Shown here: one piece after another, positions 48,686 through 49,335 of the stretch
Layout: each line of letters opens with the position of its first letter
How positions within the stretch are numbered: position 1 is the first letter of the stretch
Virus record (IMG/VR): IMGVR_UViG_3300026116_000052
Coordinates: 1 to 49,335 of that record
DNA: 49,335 bases
Strand: one strand, 5' to 3'
DNA from: a virus
Notes under the pieces: generated by a model
What the model saw: only the letters and a program-made list of their open reading frames with translations
Database searches by the model: none
What the model was told of the DNA's origin: nothing
Position numbers and translations under genes: made by a program

Positions 48686-49335
48686 TGTCCTACAAGTCCA
48701 GCCCTCGCGGCTCGCGCCCCGTCGACAAGATCGCCATCCACACGGCCGAGGGTTCGCGCACGGCTGCCTCGCTCGGTTCGTACTTCTGGCGTGACGACAT
48801 CCAGGCATCGAGTCACGTCGGCATCGATGCGAACAACACCCTGCAGTACGTGCCGTACGATCGTGCAGCGTGGACGCTCCGTTCAGGCAACCCGATCAGT
48901 GACAATGCCGAGATCTGCGGCTTCGCTCACTGGTCGCGGGAGCAGTGGCTGTCCACCGGTACGGTCGACGGCTGCGTGAACCCTCGAGCGATGCTCGATC
49001 GTGCTGCTGCGTGGATTCGTTCGCGTAGTCAGGCTCGCGGTGTGCCGATCCTCAAGCTCATCCCCAACCAGGTCGCTGCGGGCTGGGATGGTGTGATCGG
49101 TCACGTCGACTGGACCCTGGGAATGGGAGACGGTACCCACACCGACCCAGGGCCGAACTTCCCGTGGGACTACGTCATCAACAAGGCTCTGAGCGGAAGC
49201 TCACCTATCATTCCGGAGAAGTACATGAAGTCCTGCCAGGTGCTCAGCCTGCCCAACACCCAACTCTACCAGGACAAGGACGAGGAAGGCTGGGTTCGTC
49301 TTCCCTTCTCTGTCGAATCCGGCAGCAACTCGTCC
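48685..49335 (+). CDS. Endolysin, N-terminal N-acetylmuramoyl-L-alanine amidase (Amidase_2/PGRP-like) domain; continues at 1-360
   Basis: IAIHTAEG, SSHVGID, AWTL..GNP and GHVDW...THTDPGPNFPW match zinc-amidase motifs. There is no stop before the window end. It is absent from the ORF track for that reason. Confidence 0.8.
   Translation, partial: MSYKSSPRGSRPVDKIAIHTAEGSRTAASLGSYFWRDDIQASSHVGIDANNTLQYVPYDRAAWTLRSGNPISDNAEICGFAHWSREQWLSTGTVDGCVNPRAMLDRAAAWIRSRSQARGVPILKLIPNQVAAGWDGVIGHVDWTLGMGDGTHTDPGPNFPWDYVINKALSGSSPIIPEKYMKSCQVLSLPNTQLYQDKDEEGWVRLPFSVESGSNSS
49237..49335. repeat. Second copy of the 99-bp closure overlap
   Basis: Identical to 1-99. Confidence 0.9.

Noticed and set aside
1-49335. 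CRISPR arrays, integrase or repressor lysogeny module, transposase or IS elements
   Set aside because: No regularly spaced 25-40-bp direct repeats were seen. No ORF has tyrosine- or serine-recombinase or DDE motifs. The only repeat families are short motifs in intergenic islands.

Overview
The window is a complete, circularly closed phage genome. The first 99 nt are identical to the last 99 nt, so the unique length is 49,236 bp. It looks like a high-GC, actinobacteriophage-like siphovirus. I see no integrase or repressor, so it is probably lytic.

Two divergent gene arms start in an AT-rich switch region at about 29.4-29.7 kb. They converge on a bidirectional hairpin terminator at 775-828.

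The right arm is on the + strand and runs from 29709 through the window end to 730. It encodes TerS-like and TerL proteins, portal, a Mu-gpI-like protease/scaffold, major capsid, connector proteins and a major tail protein. It continues with a G/GT tail chaperone pair, a 917-aa tape measure, tail-tip and fibre proteins, and a lysis region. The amidase endolysin in that region is split by the window origin.

The left arm is on the - strand and runs from 29421 down to 836. It holds about 60 tightly packed genes, mostly translationally coupled through ATGA, GTGA or TAATG stop/start overlaps. At least seven near-consensus sigma70/HrdB-type promoters (TTGnnn-N17/18-TAtAAT, often TATAATAGA) drive these genes. 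The arm encodes an SNF2 helicase, a Cas4/RecB-like exonuclease, a Sak4-like ATPase with a DUF669 SSB-like protein, and a primase-polymerase/helicase. It also carries a full preQ0 pathway (folE, queD, queE, queC) plus a DpdA-like DNA transglycosylase, which together predict 7-deazaguanine DNA modification. The remaining recognisable genes are a MazG-like hydrolase, a UDG-fused family A DNA polymerase, a degenerate HNH protein and a RuvC-like resolvase.

The signals most worth follow-up are:
- the deazaguanine module and the uncharacterised ORFs embedded in it;
- two families of short intergenic DNA motifs: GTTAGAC islands that include a 29-bp repeat shared between both arms, and GTAAC-core iterons/palindromes concentrated in an AT-rich origin-like island;
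- two tRNA-like (acceptor plus T-arm) elements that do not fold as canonical tRNAs;
- an (ACTG)7.5 microsatellite between terS and terL;
- several coding segments with unresolved starts or +1 frame relationships;
- internal domain paralogies.

All functional calls come from motifs read by eye and from gene order. No database search was run.
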